A DNA stretch of 63,944 nt, the filler included, from an uncultured Methanosarcinales archaeon (lineage in GTDB: Archaea > Nanobdellota > Nanobdellia > Woesearchaeales > JAGLXL01): the NCBI GenBank assembly GCA_964472345.1. It is 6 parts of 6 records of this genome, joined end to end, with 100 filler letters (N's around TTAATTAATTAA, not from the genome) between each part and the next. Parts side by side here need not be neighbours in the genome. Positions count along the whole stretch, not along the records: positions 25,814 to 37,915 come from CAYYLB010000037.1; 5 more parts are not named here. One strand, 5' to 3'. Below the pieces are notes generated by a model. The model made no database searches, was not told the DNA's origin, and saw nothing but the letters and a program-made list of their open reading frames with translations. This document shows, piece after piece, positions 26,156 through 36,161 of this stretch. The first letter of the stretch is position 1; each line of letters begins with the position of its first letter. Position numbers and translations under genes: made by a program.

Positions 26156-27910
26156 ATGCGCAAGGTCACTGCTATCGTCGACAGGGACAAGTGCCATCCG
26201 AACAAATGCGGGCACGAATGCATCAAGTATGACCCCTTGAACCGGTCAGGAGGCGAAGGCTTCCACATCGGTCCGAGCGGAAAATCGGAGATTGCGGAAG
26301 AGGTGGTCACGGAGATGCACAAGGTTTCCGCGAAGATGTGCCCGTTCGGCGCGATCAGGATCGTGCGGCTTCCGGAGCAGCTGAAGCAGCAGCCGATCCA
26401 CCAGTACGGGAGGAACCAGTTCCGGCTTTTCAACGTGCCGACACCGCTCGCCGGGCAGGTCGTCGGCATCGTCGGGGTGAACGGCATCGGCAAGTCAACG
26501 GCGATGAAGGTCCTCGCGGGTGTGCTGCAGCCGAACCTGGGGAACGAGCGGGAAGCGACGCCCAGGGAGCTAATCGACTTCTTCAAGGGGACCGAGACGC
26601 AGCAGTTCTTCGAGAAGGCGGCTGCCGGCAGCATGCGCGTGCGGTACAAGCCGCAGCAGATTGAGCTGATCCAGAAGAAAGCGCAGGGGACGGTGCGGGA
26701 GCTTCTTGCGAAGGCAGATGCTGCCGGCATGCTGGATGCGGTCGCGGAGCAGCTTGCGCTCTCGGCCATCATGGAGCGCGACGTGACGAAGCTCTCAGGA
26801 GGAGAGATGCAGCGCGCCGCCATTGCCGCGACCGCATTGCAGCAGGCTGATGTGTACCTGTTCGACGAGCCTACGAGCTACCTGGATATCAGGCAGCGGT
26901 TCAATGCGAGCGCATTCATCCGTTCGCTTGCTGCGCGGAGCTCGGTCATCGCCGTTGAGCACGACCTGATCGTTCTTGACGCAATCGCCGATCTGGTCCA
27001 TATCCTGTACGGTGAGGAGGGCGCCTACGGGGTCGTCTCCGGCGTCAAAAGCGCAAAAGAAGGGGTCAATGTCTTTCTCTCCGGCTATCTGCGCGAGGAG
27101 AACACCCGTTTCCGGGACCATGCAATCACCTTCGAGCGTACGCCGCTGATTGAGCAGCAACGGCGTGTTTCCCTGTGCTCGTGGAAGGGACTGCGCAAGC
27201 AGCTGGGCGATTTTTCGGTCGCTGCTGCGGGCGGCGAGATTTATCGCGGCGAAGTGGTCGGCGTGCTCGGGGAGAACGGCATCGGCAAGACGACCTTCGT
27301 GCAGATGCTGGCAGGCCTGCTGCAGCCTGATGCCGGGAGCGTTTCGGCTTCCGTGCGCGTCGCGTACAAACCGCAGTATCTCGATGTTGAGGGCGACCAG
27401 CTTGTGGTGCATGTCCTGCAGCAGGCGATTCAGAAGCACGCCTCGCTCCTGATCCAGCCGCTCCGGCTCGAGGCGCTGTTTGACAAGCAGCTGAGCCAGC
27501 TTTCCGGCGGCGAGCTACAGCGGGTTTCGATCGCCAAGGCGCTCAGCGAGGATGCGGAGCTTTTCCTTCTCGATGAGCCGAGCGCCTACCTTGATGTCGA
27601 ACAGCGCCTTGTCCTTTCAAAGATCCTGAAGCGGTTTGTGCTCGAGCAGGGAGCGACGGTCCTTGTGGTGGACCACGACCTGCTGTTCCTGGACTATCTC
27701 AGCAACCGGCTGCTCGTGTTCCAGGGGACGCCGGCGCTTTCAGGCTCAGCTCAGGGGCCGTTCGTGATGGAGGAAGGGATGAACCTGTTCCTGCGTGAGG
27801 TGGGGATCACGTTCCGCCGGGATGTGGAGAGCGGACGGCCGCGGGCGAACAAGCCCGATTCGCTGAAAGACCGCGAGCAGAAGAAGGGGGGAAAGTATTA
27901 TTATGGTTAG
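26156..27910 (+). CDS. rli: ribosome recycling ATPase ABCE1/RLI
   Basis: Two ABC domains (GVNGIGKST, GENGIGKTT, LSGGE); N-terminal Fe-S domain; TFRRD...RANK..S.KDREQK C-terminus. Confidence 0.95.
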   Translation: MRKVTAIVDRDKCHPNKCGHECIKYDPLNRSGGEGFHIGPSGKSEIAEEVVTEMHKVSAKMCPFGAIRIVRLPEQLKQQPIHQYGRNQFRLFNVPTPLAGQVVGIVGVNGIGKSTAMKVLAGVLQPNLGNEREATPRELIDFFKGTETQQFFEKAAAGSMRVRYKPQQIELIQKKAQGTVRELLAKADAAGMLDAVAEQLALSAIMERDVTKLSGGEMQRAAIAATALQQADVYLFDEPTSYLDIRQRFNASAFIRSLAARSSVIAVEHDLIVLDAIADLVHILYGEEGAYGVVSGVKSAKEGVNVFLSGYLREENTRFRDHAITFERTPLIEQQRRVSLCSWKGLRKQLGDFSVAAAGGEIYRGEVVGVLGENGIGKTTFVQMLAGLLQPDAGSVSASVRVAYKPQYLDVEGDQLVVHVLQQAIQKHASLLIQPLRLEALFDKQLSQLSGGELQRVSIAKALSEDAELFLLDEPSAYLDVEQRLVLSKILKRFVLEQGATVLVVDHDLLFLDYLSNRLLVFQGTPALSGSAQGPFVMEEGMNLFLREVGITFRRDVESGRPRANKPDSLKDREQKKGGKYYYG

Positions 27911-28286
27911 GCCCCGCGAGCTGCTGAAACTCTTCGCATTCCCGATCGCTGTCCTGGCTGTGCATCTCATTCTTTCTGCGCTTGAGCTTTATGAGACTGC
28001 ACCCTGGGTTGATGTGCCGATGCATTTCTTCGGCGGAGCAAGCATCGGCATCGCGTATACGCTGCTGCTGCGAAGGCTTGCTCCGTTCTCCCCAGCCATC
28101 CTGCTGCTGTTTGCCGTTTCGCTGGTCGGGCTGACGGCGGTGCTCTGGGAGCTGCACGAGTTCCTGCTTGACACGTTCCTGCAGTGGTCGACGCAGCCGA
28201 GCGTTGCCGATACGATGGAGGACCTGTTTTTGGGCCTGCTCGGCGGTCTTGCGGGCTCGCTGCCCTTCATCCTGCGCGGTGAATGA
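27903..28286 (+). CDS. small membrane protein (VanZ/DUF2238-like)
   Basis: WVDVPMHFFGG, LWELHEF, DTMEDL. Confidence 0.75.
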   Translation: MVRPRELLKLFAFPIAVLAVHLILSALELYETAPWVDVPMHFFGGASIGIAYTLLLRRLAPFSPAILLLFAVSLVGLTAVLWELHEFLLDTFLQWSTQPSVADTMEDLFLGLLGGLAGSLPFILRGE

Positions 28287-28711
28287 GCATGGATGGCATC
28301 CCCTTCCGCGCAATCCATTTTGGCGCTGCGCTGCGGATCTTCTCTCTGCCGCTGCTTGTGCTGGCCGTTGCGCTGCTGTTCCTTGCGCTCGGCGTTTACC
28401 GCCACATCCCCTGGGCTGATGTCCCGCTGCATCTTGCCGGAAGCATGGCGCTTGCGGTGAGCTATTGCCTTCTTCTCCGGCAGCTGCGCCGCGCCGGCGC
28501 TGTTGCTCCTCTCCCGGCTGCGCTGAGCGGGCTTTTTGTCGTCGCTGCGGTCGTCACAACGGGGGTGCTGTGGGAGTTCCTTGAGTTCCTTGTGGATGCC
28601 GCTTATCCGCTGCTGCAGATGCAGGTGAGCGTCGCCAACACGATGGGGGATCTTGCGCTGGACATTGCCGGCGGGCTGCTCGGCGTCTTGTTTTTCCGGC
28701 GGGGGTTCTGA
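28283..28711 (+). CDS. tandem paralog of the preceding membrane protein
   Basis: WADVPLHLAG, LWEFLEF, NTMGDL. Confidence 0.75.
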   Translation: MSMDGIPFRAIHFGAALRIFSLPLLVLAVALLFLALGVYRHIPWADVPLHLAGSMALAVSYCLLLRQLRRAGAVAPLPAALSGLFVVAAVVTTGVLWEFLEFLVDAAYPLLQMQVSVANTMGDLALDIAGGLLGVLFFRRGF

Positions 28712-28734
28712 TCACGTTTTCCTTCTTTTTTTGA

Positions 28735-28880
28735 TAGGGTGGGTTGTCGTGAACTCCCATCAAACGCCAGCACCCGCTTCGCTCGTGCAGGGTTGGTGCG
28801 AAATGATGGTTGCCGAGGCTCTGCCGAGCGCAACGAGCGAACGGAGCGAAGCGCTGGCACGTTATGACCCGCGCCCCTAA
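28735..28880. repeat. degenerate hairpin/MITE remnant containing GGGTTGGTGCGAAAT
   Basis: 15-mer at 28790-28804 identical to the TIR at 48141-48155; GCGAAGC motifs on both strands. Confidence 0.55.
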
Positions 28881-29122
28881 ACAAATACCCTTATTTGAGT
28901 TTGTACCGCGCTCCGCGGGAAAACCGGGAAGCTGTCCACCCTTTTTTTTCATGGAAATCGGCACAATCTTTTTAAAGGGGCAAAGTCTCACGAAACCAAG
29001 AGTGGTAAAATGACTGACTCCCAAAATAAATACGACTAAGCGCCCGCCTTAGTGATGAGGTGGTCGCCATGACTAAAAACAAATACCCACAATTTAATAA
29101 ACGTGGGTGGGGGAACTAAAAA

Positions 29123-29227
29123 ATGGAAAAAATAAAAAAGATAGGTTTAGATACCATTGCATTAGTACTTGGTATTTTAGCGATATTATTCACGGTAGGG
29201 ATGATCATTTTTGCGGTGGTAAGATGA
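29123..29227 (+). CDS. 34-aa single-TM peptide, AT-rich
   Basis: MEKIKKIGLDTIALVLGILAILFTVGMIIFAVVR; ATGA overlap with the next ORF. Confidence 0.45.
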   Translation: MEKIKKIGLDTIALVLGILAILFTVGMIIFAVVR

Positions 29228-29403
29228 GAGCAAAAATATTACAGGCAGTTTCACTAATGATTTCATCACTTGCATTACTCTATTTACTATTCATCAATAT
29301 TTACCGACAAACATTCATAATCTCTGATTGGGTTGTTGTAGCATTTGACTTGTTTGTAAAAGGAGTAATTGAAATAACCTTATTAACCAAAAGAGAAGAT
29401 TGA
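29224..29403 (+). CDS. 59-aa hydrophobic peptide, AT-rich
   Basis: MRAKILQAVSLMISSLALLYLLFINI... Confidence 0.45.
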   Translation: MRAKILQAVSLMISSLALLYLLFINIYRQTFIISDWVVVAFDLFVKGVIEITLLTKRED

Positions 29404-29464
29404 TCATGGAGGAAAACGGGCTTCCCACCACGGATAAATCTTTGGGTGGCCGCCCCACGACATC

Positions 29465-30226
29465 ATGAAATGCATTTTGCTCTGCGCAGGGTACGCGACG
29501 CGGCTCTATCCACTCACGCAAAACCAGCCAAAAGCACTCCTTTCCATAGGCGAAAAAACCATTCTTGGCCACATCATGGACCAGGTCGAGCAGCTCGATG
29601 AGGTTGACGAGGTCTTTGTTGTCACGAACGACCGTTTCCTGCCGAACTTCTGGAGCTGGCGTGAAACCTACAAGCCAAAAAAGAAAGTCCATCTTTTTAG
29701 CGATGGCACGAAAAGCAATGATGAACGCATCGGGGCAATCGGTGATCTACAGCTGGTCATTGAAAGGAAAGGCATTGACGACGACATTCTTGTGATAGCA
29801 GGCGATAATCTCTTTGAGTTCTCCCTCAGGGACTTTGTGAGCTTCTCCAAGGCAAAAAAAGCGGATGCGGTTGCGCTCTTCGACATCAAGGAGAAGGAAA
29901 AGGCTGCAAAGAGGTATGGTGTGGCAAAACTTGACGGGGATGGCAGAGTCGTTGAGTTCCAGGAAAAGCCGGCAAGCCCGAAAACGAGCCTTGTCAGCAC
30001 TGCCTGCTACATCTTCACTGGGGAAAGCATGAGGAAGCTCCGTGAGTATGCGGCGCAGGGCGGGAAAAAGGATAATCCCGGCGATTTTGTCACATGGCTG
30101 ATGCGGCAGGAGCCGCTCTACGGGTTTATCTTCCGCGAGCGCTGGTTTGACATCGGGAGCTTCGAGGCCCTCGAGGAAGCGTATGAGTGGCATAAGCTCA
30201 AGGCAGCGGCGGGAACACCACTATGA
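29465..30226 (+). CDS. sugar-1-phosphate nucleotidyltransferase
   Basis: LCAGYATRLYPLT..PKALL, AGDN, FQEKP, WFDIG. Confidence 0.92.
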   Translation: MKCILLCAGYATRLYPLTQNQPKALLSIGEKTILGHIMDQVEQLDEVDEVFVVTNDRFLPNFWSWRETYKPKKKVHLFSDGTKSNDERIGAIGDLQLVIERKGIDDDILVIAGDNLFEFSLRDFVSFSKAKKADAVALFDIKEKEKAAKRYGVAKLDGDGRVVEFQEKPASPKTSLVSTACYIFTGESMRKLREYAAQGGKKDNPGDFVTWLMRQEPLYGFIFRERWFDIGSFEALEEAYEWHKLKAAAGTPL

Positions 30227-31530
30227 ACGTGGCAGTCGTTGGCTCGGGATATGTAGGGCTCGTCTCAGGGGCGTGCCTCGCAAACCTTGGCCACAGGGTG
30301 CTCTGCTGCGATGTCGATGAAAAGAAGATCAGTCAGCTCAACAGGGGTGAGATCCCGTTCTACGAGCCGGGGCTTCGGGAGCTTGTCAGGGAGAACCTGG
30401 AAAAGAAGCGCCTCACATTCACGGCTGATGCGAAACAAGCAGTCGAATTCGGCACCGTTATCCTCAACTGCGTCGGCACTCCGGGAAAAGAAGATGGCTC
30501 AGCAAATCTTGACTTCATCTTCGACGTCGCAAGGACGGTCGCGCGGCACAGCAACGGCACCAAGGTGATCGTCAATAAGAGTACCGTTCCGCCTGGCACC
30601 GCGCGGCGCGTCGAACAGCTCATCAAAGAACAGAGCCCGAAAGCGGGCGCCGACGTGGTCTCGAACCCGGAATTCCTGAAGGAAGGCGCGGCGATCCACG
30701 ACTTCAACCACCCGGACCGCATCGTCATTGGCATGAAAGACCCCTCGTCGCCGGCAAAGCAGGTCATGGAAGAGCTCTACGCGGGCATCGTGCGCCCCTA
30801 CATCGAGGTTGTCTGGACGGACTGGGAGACTGCAGAGCTTTCCAAGTATGCCTCGAACGCATTCCTCGCGGCGAAAGTTTCATTCATCAACGAGATCGCG
30901 AATATCTGCGACCGGATCGGCGCTGATATCAGGACGGTCGCCCGTGTGATGGGGCTTGATGACCGCATCGGGCCGCGCTTCCTGAACGCAGGAGTAGGGT
31001 ATGGCGGGAGCTGCTTTCCGAAAGACGTGCGAGCGCTCACGGTGTTCGCGCAGCAGCAGGGATGCGACCCGCAGATCATCAGGCAGATCGACCCATTCAA
31101 TGAACGGCAAAAGCTCCGCATGGCGGAAAAGATTGTGGCAGCGTTCAGCGATGGGCTCGCGGGAAAGAAGATTGCGGTATGGGGGCTCTCCTTCAAGCCG
31201 AAGACCAGCGATATGCGGGAGGCGCCAAGCATCACGATAATCAATGAGCTCCTGAAGCGCGGCGCAGCGGTCAGGGCATACGATCCTGAAGCCCGGGAAG
31301 AGGCAAAAAAGATCTTCGCAGGCAGCATCGCCTACGCGGACTCGCCGGAAGATGCCGCACGGGACGCGCACGCGCTCGTGCTGGCTACGGAGTGGGACGA
31401 ATTCCGCGGGCTGGACATGGCGAAAGTGCGGGCGGCAATGAAAGGGAACCTGCTGTTCGATGGGCGGAACGTCTACGACCGGCAGCACATGACCGTGCTC
31501 GGCTTCGGGTACCATGGCATCGGGCAGTGA
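30223..31530 (+). CDS. ugd: UDP-glucose 6-dehydrogenase
   Basis: GSGYVG, KSTVPPGT, SNPEFLKEG, GYGGSCFPKD, FDGRN. Confidence 0.93.
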   Translation: MNVAVVGSGYVGLVSGACLANLGHRVLCCDVDEKKISQLNRGEIPFYEPGLRELVRENLEKKRLTFTADAKQAVEFGTVILNCVGTPGKEDGSANLDFIFDVARTVARHSNGTKVIVNKSTVPPGTARRVEQLIKEQSPKAGADVVSNPEFLKEGAAIHDFNHPDRIVIGMKDPSSPAKQVMEELYAGIVRPYIEVVWTDWETAELSKYASNAFLAAKVSFINEIANICDRIGADIRTVARVMGLDDRIGPRFLNAGVGYGGSCFPKDVRALTVFAQQQGCDPQIIRQIDPFNERQKLRMAEKIVAAFSDGLAGKKIAVWGLSFKPKTSDMREAPSITIINELLKRGAAVRAYDPEAREEAKKIFAGSIAYADSPEDAARDAHALVLATEWDEFRGLDMAKVRAAMKGNLLFDGRNVYDRQHMTVLGFGYHGIGQ

Positions 31531-31538
31531 GGGGAACG

Positions 31539-32510
31539 ATGAGCACCCTTGTCACCGGCGGCGCCGGCTTCATCGGATCACATCTCTGCGAAGCGCTGCT
31601 CAGCGGCGGCCGCCGCGTCGTGTGCGTCGATGACTTCAATGACTTCTACGATCCGGCGATAAAAGAGCACAACGTCGCAGGCTGCAGGAAAAACAGGAAC
31701 TTCGCGCTCTACCGCGCAGACATCCGCGACATTGACGCACTCAAAAAGATATTCGCGAAAGAAAAGCCGGAGAAAATCGTGCACCTCGCCGCACGCGCAG
31801 GCGTCCGCCCGAGCATCGCGCAGCCGCTTCTCTACGAAGAAGTCAACGTCAAGGGCACGCTCAATCTGCTGGAACTCGCACGCCGGCACAACGCCAGGCA
31901 ATTCGTCTTTGGCTCAAGTTCCAGTGTCTATGGCCTTAACCGCGCGCCATTCTCCGAAGCGGACACCGACCTCAGGCCCATCTCGCCGTATGCCGCCACA
32001 AAAAAAGCAGGCGAAGAGCTCTGCTACACGTACCACCACCTGTATAAAATCCCCGTCACCTGCCTGCGCTTCTTTACCGTCTACGGCCCGCGCCAGCGCC
32101 CTGACTTGGCGATTCACAAGTTCACGAGGCTCCTGTTCGCGGGCCTTCCGATTCCCCTGTTTGGCGATGGGAGCACGATGCGCGATTACACCTACAGCGA
32201 TGATATCATCGGCGGTATCCTCGCAAGCCTGAAAAAAGAACTCCCTTACGAGATCATCAACCTCGGGAACAGCAAGCCGGTCAGGCTCAGGGACCTTATC
32301 GCAAGGCTCGAGCAGGCAACAGGGAAAAAAGCGATCATCGCTGAGCAGCCGGAGCAGGCAGGGGACGTCCCCGTCACTTCCGCAGACATCACAAAAGCAA
32401 AGAAGCTGCTCGGCTGGAAGCCCCGCACGCCGCTGGCCCGGGGGCTCGCAGCGTTTATCGAATGGTTCAGCGCAAACCGATCGCTTCTTTCATCCGCCGC
32501 ACAAAAGTAA
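31539..32510 (+). CDS. NAD-dependent epimerase (UDP-glucuronate 4-epimerase-like)
   Basis: TGGAGFIG, HLAARAGVRPS, YAATK, RFFTVYGPRQRPD. Confidence 0.9.
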   Translation: MSTLVTGGAGFIGSHLCEALLSGGRRVVCVDDFNDFYDPAIKEHNVAGCRKNRNFALYRADIRDIDALKKIFAKEKPEKIVHLAARAGVRPSIAQPLLYEEVNVKGTLNLLELARRHNARQFVFGSSSSVYGLNRAPFSEADTDLRPISPYAATKKAGEELCYTYHHLYKIPVTCLRFFTVYGPRQRPDLAIHKFTRLLFAGLPIPLFGDGSTMRDYTYSDDIIGGILASLKKELPYEIINLGNSKPVRLRDLIARLEQATGKKAIIAEQPEQAGDVPVTSADITKAKKLLGWKPRTPLARGLAAFIEWFSANRSLLSSAAQK

Positions 32511-33345
32511 CGGGAACAGCTGTGCTTCCGAGCTGGATCGTCTCGCGGATGCTCCCATGGAAATCCGAGCCGCCCGACTCAAGCAGCCCGTGCTGGGAAG
32601 CAAGCTTCTCAAACCGATGGTTCAGCTTCCGTGACTGCGCTGCGCTCAGCCCATTGATCAGGTCATAGGCATACCGGGTCTCAACTGCCTGGCCGCCGGC
32701 AGCCGCAAACAGCTGGACAAGCTTCCCGCCGCCTTCGGGTGAAGATATGCCGGGGTGCGCGAGCACGGCGATGCCCTGCGCCCCGCGGATCAGCCGCACT
32801 GCATCCCGGATGGCAACACGCTCCTTCCGGTCAGCATACGCCGGCCTGCCCCGTCCGATATACGCTTCGAAAACGCTCCGCGTCGTCGGAAACTGCTGAG
32901 GATACCTGCGCATGAGGACCTGCGCGATATGCGGCCGGCCGATCGAGTAGCCGGCCAGCGCAGCGACTTCCTCAAAGGTGATTGCGAATCCGAGCTTCTG
33001 GAGCTTCCGGATCATCTCCCGCTTCTGCGCGATCCGCTGCCGCTTTACCCGCTCGCAGAACGCCGCGAGCTGCTCATTGCCGGGATCAAGAAATAATCCG
33101 ACAACATGGACATCCGCAAAGCCGCGCTCCCGCTCATGGCAGTTGATTTCAATGCCGGGGATGAGCTCAACGCTGCGCTGCCGTGCACGCTCCTGCGCAC
33201 GCGCAATGCCCTCAAGTGCCTCATGGTCGGTGAGCGCAAGGAACCGCACGCCCCGTGCAGCGGCGAGATCGACAAGCTCTCCGGGAGAAAGCTCCCCGTC
33301 CGAGACATTCGTGTGGCTGTGGAGGTCAACCGCACTCACGCGCAT
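32467..33345 (-). CDS. PHP-domain phosphoesterase (TrpH/YciV-like)
   Basis: DLHSHTNVSDG, LTDH, GRPHIA, LAHP, GGSDFHG. Confidence 0.92.
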   Translation of the reverse strand: MRVSAVDLHSHTNVSDGELSPGELVDLAAARGVRFLALTDHEALEGIARAQERARQRSVELIPGIEINCHERERGFADVHVVGLFLDPGNEQLAAFCERVKRQRIAQKREMIRKLQKLGFAITFEEVAALAGYSIGRPHIAQVLMRRYPQQFPTTRSVFEAYIGRGRPAYADRKERVAIRDAVRLIRGAQGIAVLAHPGISSPEGGGKLVQLFAAAGGQAVETRYAYDLINGLSAAQSRKLNHRFEKLASQHGLLESGGSDFHGSIRETIQLGSTAVPVTFVRRMKEAIGLR

Positions 33346-33989
33346 GCTGCCTCCATCAGCTGCTCAGCAAGCGGCACAAGCCGCTCCGAGGCGATGGCAT
33401 TCTTCCGGACGGGTTTCATCTTCACAAACTCCTCGCCTGACGCAGGATCGGTGAAAACTTCCTTCCGCAGGAACGAGCTGTCCACCGTGAACGGCTGCCC
33501 GAAAGCGCCGCGGAACGGGAACAGCTTGATGTGCAGGTGCTCCTTCTTCTCTTTCCATGTGGTACACTTCCCGTAGGCCGCAACCGCGAGCCCCTCATCC
33601 CGTGTGTCGCTCACGCCGGTGATCGGCCCGCCGCCCGCAGCCGCCATCACCTGCGTCATCGCCCTGCTCAGGCGCGCAAACGCGATGCCATAACTGGCAG
33701 ACAGCGCCCTCGTTCCGGCAACCTGCGCAAAATGGGTCAGGTGCGCGACGGGCATGAGCTGGATGGTGAAGTCGCGATCAGCATCGCCCCCTGTTTTCGG
33801 CGAGAGCGTCGCAAACCATCCGGAAGAGGCATCTCCGACGCGGTAAATGACAATTGCTCCATACCTCGTGTGCGCGCCAAGGGGCAGCAAGGCCTCCGTA
33901 CAAAAAGCGCAGCCCTCGCGCGCAGAGACATCCTCATGCAGGAGCGATGCTTCAGGCGCCCGCTGCTCCGCTCCCGTACGCTCTGTCAT
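33336..33989 (-). CDS. divergent HIT-like protein
   Basis: CAFC N-terminus, MPVAH, EHLHIKLFP (HxHxK variant of the histidine triad). Confidence 0.6.
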   Translation of the reverse strand: MTERTGAEQRAPEASLLHEDVSAREGCAFCTEALLPLGAHTRYGAIVIYRVGDASSGWFATLSPKTGGDADRDFTIQLMPVAHLTHFAQVAGTRALSASYGIAFARLSRAMTQVMAAAGGGPITGVSDTRDEGLAVAAYGKCTTWKEKKEHLHIKLFPFRGAFGQPFTVDSSFLRKEVFTDPASGEEFVKMKPVRKNAIASERLVPLAEQLMEAACA

Positions 33990-35074
33990 GCCGGGCCCCC
34001 GAGAACCTTGATATACTCTTTCTCCCGCCGCTCGCTGATGTACGCATCGAAGTAGCCGACGACGATGCGATAGTACGCCGGGCCGCCGCCGCGCGGCGTT
34101 GCTTTCTCAAGCAGTCCGCAGGCGCGGATGCGCTCGCCGCGCCGCGCAAGCAGGCAATAGTCCCGCGAATAGAAGACGACGCGTTTCACCGGCACATCGC
34201 TCGGCCCATCGATGAGCTGAGAGCCAGTGATACCATAGCAGCCCGGCCGCACGGAACCGTCGGCATCATCAGCGACCGTGCCTTCGACCGTCGCCGCGCC
34301 GAGCGCCTCATACGTCTCGCTGCCCCACGGCAACCACACTTCATGCTCCTCCTCCGCGCAAAACAGGACAAACAGGGTGTTGTTGAAGTAGCCCTCGCTT
34401 TTCTTCCGCCGCATCACGCGCAGAAATTCATCCTTGGTGAAGATGGCAAAGCGGTTCCTTCCCTTGTAGAACTGCATCCATTCAGCATCAGTCTTCCACC
34501 GCAATGACGGATGCTGCGCAGTCTCGAGCCACCCCAGCAGCCTGCGGTAGGCGTCCTTGCCGTACACCACCAGATTGATATCAGAAACTGATGAGACGTA
34601 GTGCCCCATGAGCGTCGAATACGTGACGCCGATCTGCTTCAGCGGGATGCCGCTCCCCAGCACGAACTGCACGAACGCAGAGACGGTACGGAGGTGCTCG
34701 TCAAGCGCGTGCTGCGGCATGCCCATCAGCTCCGTAAGCCCTCGCCGGGGATAATAGACACGCTCGATTTTCCCGATGGGGACGATGAAAAAGAGGCGCT
34801 CCTTGCCGAATGGCCCCCCGTGGAAGACGTACTCCGGGTAAGCTTCCTGAAACCGCGCGATGTAGCGCCGCAGTTCCGCGCGGTCGATCCACCAGTTCAG
34901 GCGGTTCATCTTCTTGCCGCCGATGAAGCGGTACGGCAGCGCTGCACTTTCAACGCGGTCCGTGGGGATGTACTTCGGCTTGACGAGGATGCCCGAGACA
35001 GGATGCTCATTGCTGTACACCTGGCACTGGAGGCCGTCGACCGTGGTGATGATCGAGGATTCGTAAAAGTGCAT
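33986..35074 (-). CDS. Pol-beta-superfamily nucleotidyltransferase-like protein (archaeal COG1665-like), downstream copy
   Basis: GVTYSTLMG...SDINLVVYG; C-terminal OB-like GERIRACGLLE. Confidence 0.7.
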   Translation of the reverse strand: MHFYESSIITTVDGLQCQVYSNEHPVSGILVKPKYIPTDRVESAALPYRFIGGKKMNRLNWWIDRAELRRYIARFQEAYPEYVFHGGPFGKERLFFIVPIGKIERVYYPRRGLTELMGMPQHALDEHLRTVSAFVQFVLGSGIPLKQIGVTYSTLMGHYVSSVSDINLVVYGKDAYRRLLGWLETAQHPSLRWKTDAEWMQFYKGRNRFAIFTKDEFLRVMRRKKSEGYFNNTLFVLFCAEEEHEVWLPWGSETYEALGAATVEGTVADDADGSVRPGCYGITGSQLIDGPSDVPVKRVVFYSRDYCLLARRGERIRACGLLEKATPRGGGPAYYRIVVGYFDAYISERREKEYIKVLGGPA

Positions 35075-35075
35075 C

Positions 35076-36161
35076 TTACAGCCCCACCGCCTTGATGTAT
35101 TCCTGCTCACGACGGCCGCCGAGGTAGGCATCGAAGTAGCCGACGACGATGCGATAGTACGCCGGGCCGCCGTCGCGCGGCGTTGCTTTCTCAAGCAGTC
35201 CGCAGGCGCGGATCCGCTCCCCTTCGCGCGCCTGCTGCATGAATGGGACCGAGTAGCTCACGACGCGCGAGACAGGGACCTGCGGCTGGCCTTCGACAAT
35301 GGTGGAATGCCGCAGCCCGTAATAGCCCGGCCGCACGATGCTGTTGCTCGCGTCGGCGACCTCGCCTTCCACGGTCACCAGGCCGAGCCGCTCGTAACGC
35401 TCCGCTCCCCAGGGGCACCATGCCTCATCCGGCTCCTCGACAATAAACAGCGTGAACACCGAACCGCCGAACATCCCTTCGGAGCGCTTCCGCAGCATCT
35501 GCTTCACATATTCCTCCTCGGTAAAGTGCGATGACTCTGAGGTCCGGTGCGTCTGGTAATAGTCCTTCCATTCCGCTTCCGTCTTCCAGCGCAGCTGCGG
35601 ATGCTTCGCTTCCTCAAGAAAGCGCAGGATCTTCCATCCGTTCTCTTTGCCGAAGATGATGATATCGATGTCCGATTTCCCAAAGGTATAATTTCCCAGC
35701 AGTGTCGAGTGGGTGATGCCCAGGTCGCGCGACGCAACCCCTCCCTGCTGCAGGAGTTCGACAAGCTCAACGACAAGTGCCAGGTATCCGTCGAGATCCT
35801 TCTTCGGCATCAGCAGCAGTTCCTGCAGGCCCTGCCGCGGATCGTGCACCCGTGCGATCTTGTTGCGGGGGACGCCGAAGAACCAGGTGCCATGCTCCGC
35901 GCTTTCATAGAGATACTGAGGGTGCTTTTCGCGGAGCTGCGCGACCGCAGCAGCAAGCTTCCCCTTCGCCGCGAACAGGTTGAACCGCACCATGCAGCGC
36001 GAGAACAGGAAGCGGTAGCTCAGCCCGTCGCCGTGCAGGACGCCGCGGGGGACATATTTTGGCTTTGCGATGATGAAGTCCGCGGGATGCTCATTCGCAT
36101 AGCTCTTGAACTGGAAGCCGTCCACCGTGTCGATGAGCACCGACTCGTAAAAGTGGCTCAC
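35076..36161 (-). CDS. Pol-beta-superfamily nucleotidyltransferase-like protein (COG1665-like), upstream copy
   Basis: GITHSTLLG...SDIDIIIFG; colinear paralog of 33986..35074. Confidence 0.72.
   Translation of the reverse strand: MSHFYESVLIDTVDGFQFKSYANEHPADFIIAKPKYVPRGVLHGDGLSYRFLFSRCMVRFNLFAAKGKLAAAVAQLREKHPQYLYESAEHGTWFFGVPRNKIARVHDPRQGLQELLLMPKKDLDGYLALVVELVELLQQGGVASRDLGITHSTLLGNYTFGKSDIDIIIFGKENGWKILRFLEEAKHPQLRWKTEAEWKDYYQTHRTSESSHFTEEEYVKQMLRKRSEGMFGGSVFTLFIVEEPDEAWCPWGAERYERLGLVTVEGEVADASNSIVRPGYYGLRHSTIVEGQPQVPVSRVVSYSVPFMQQAREGERIRACGLLEKATPRDGGPAYYRIVVGYFDAYLGGRREQEYIKAVGL

Noticed and set aside
34044..35213. Possible DGR template/variable repeat pair
   Set aside because: There is only one mismatch (although at an adenine), both copies lie inside intact paralogous CDSs, and no reverse transcriptase is in the window.
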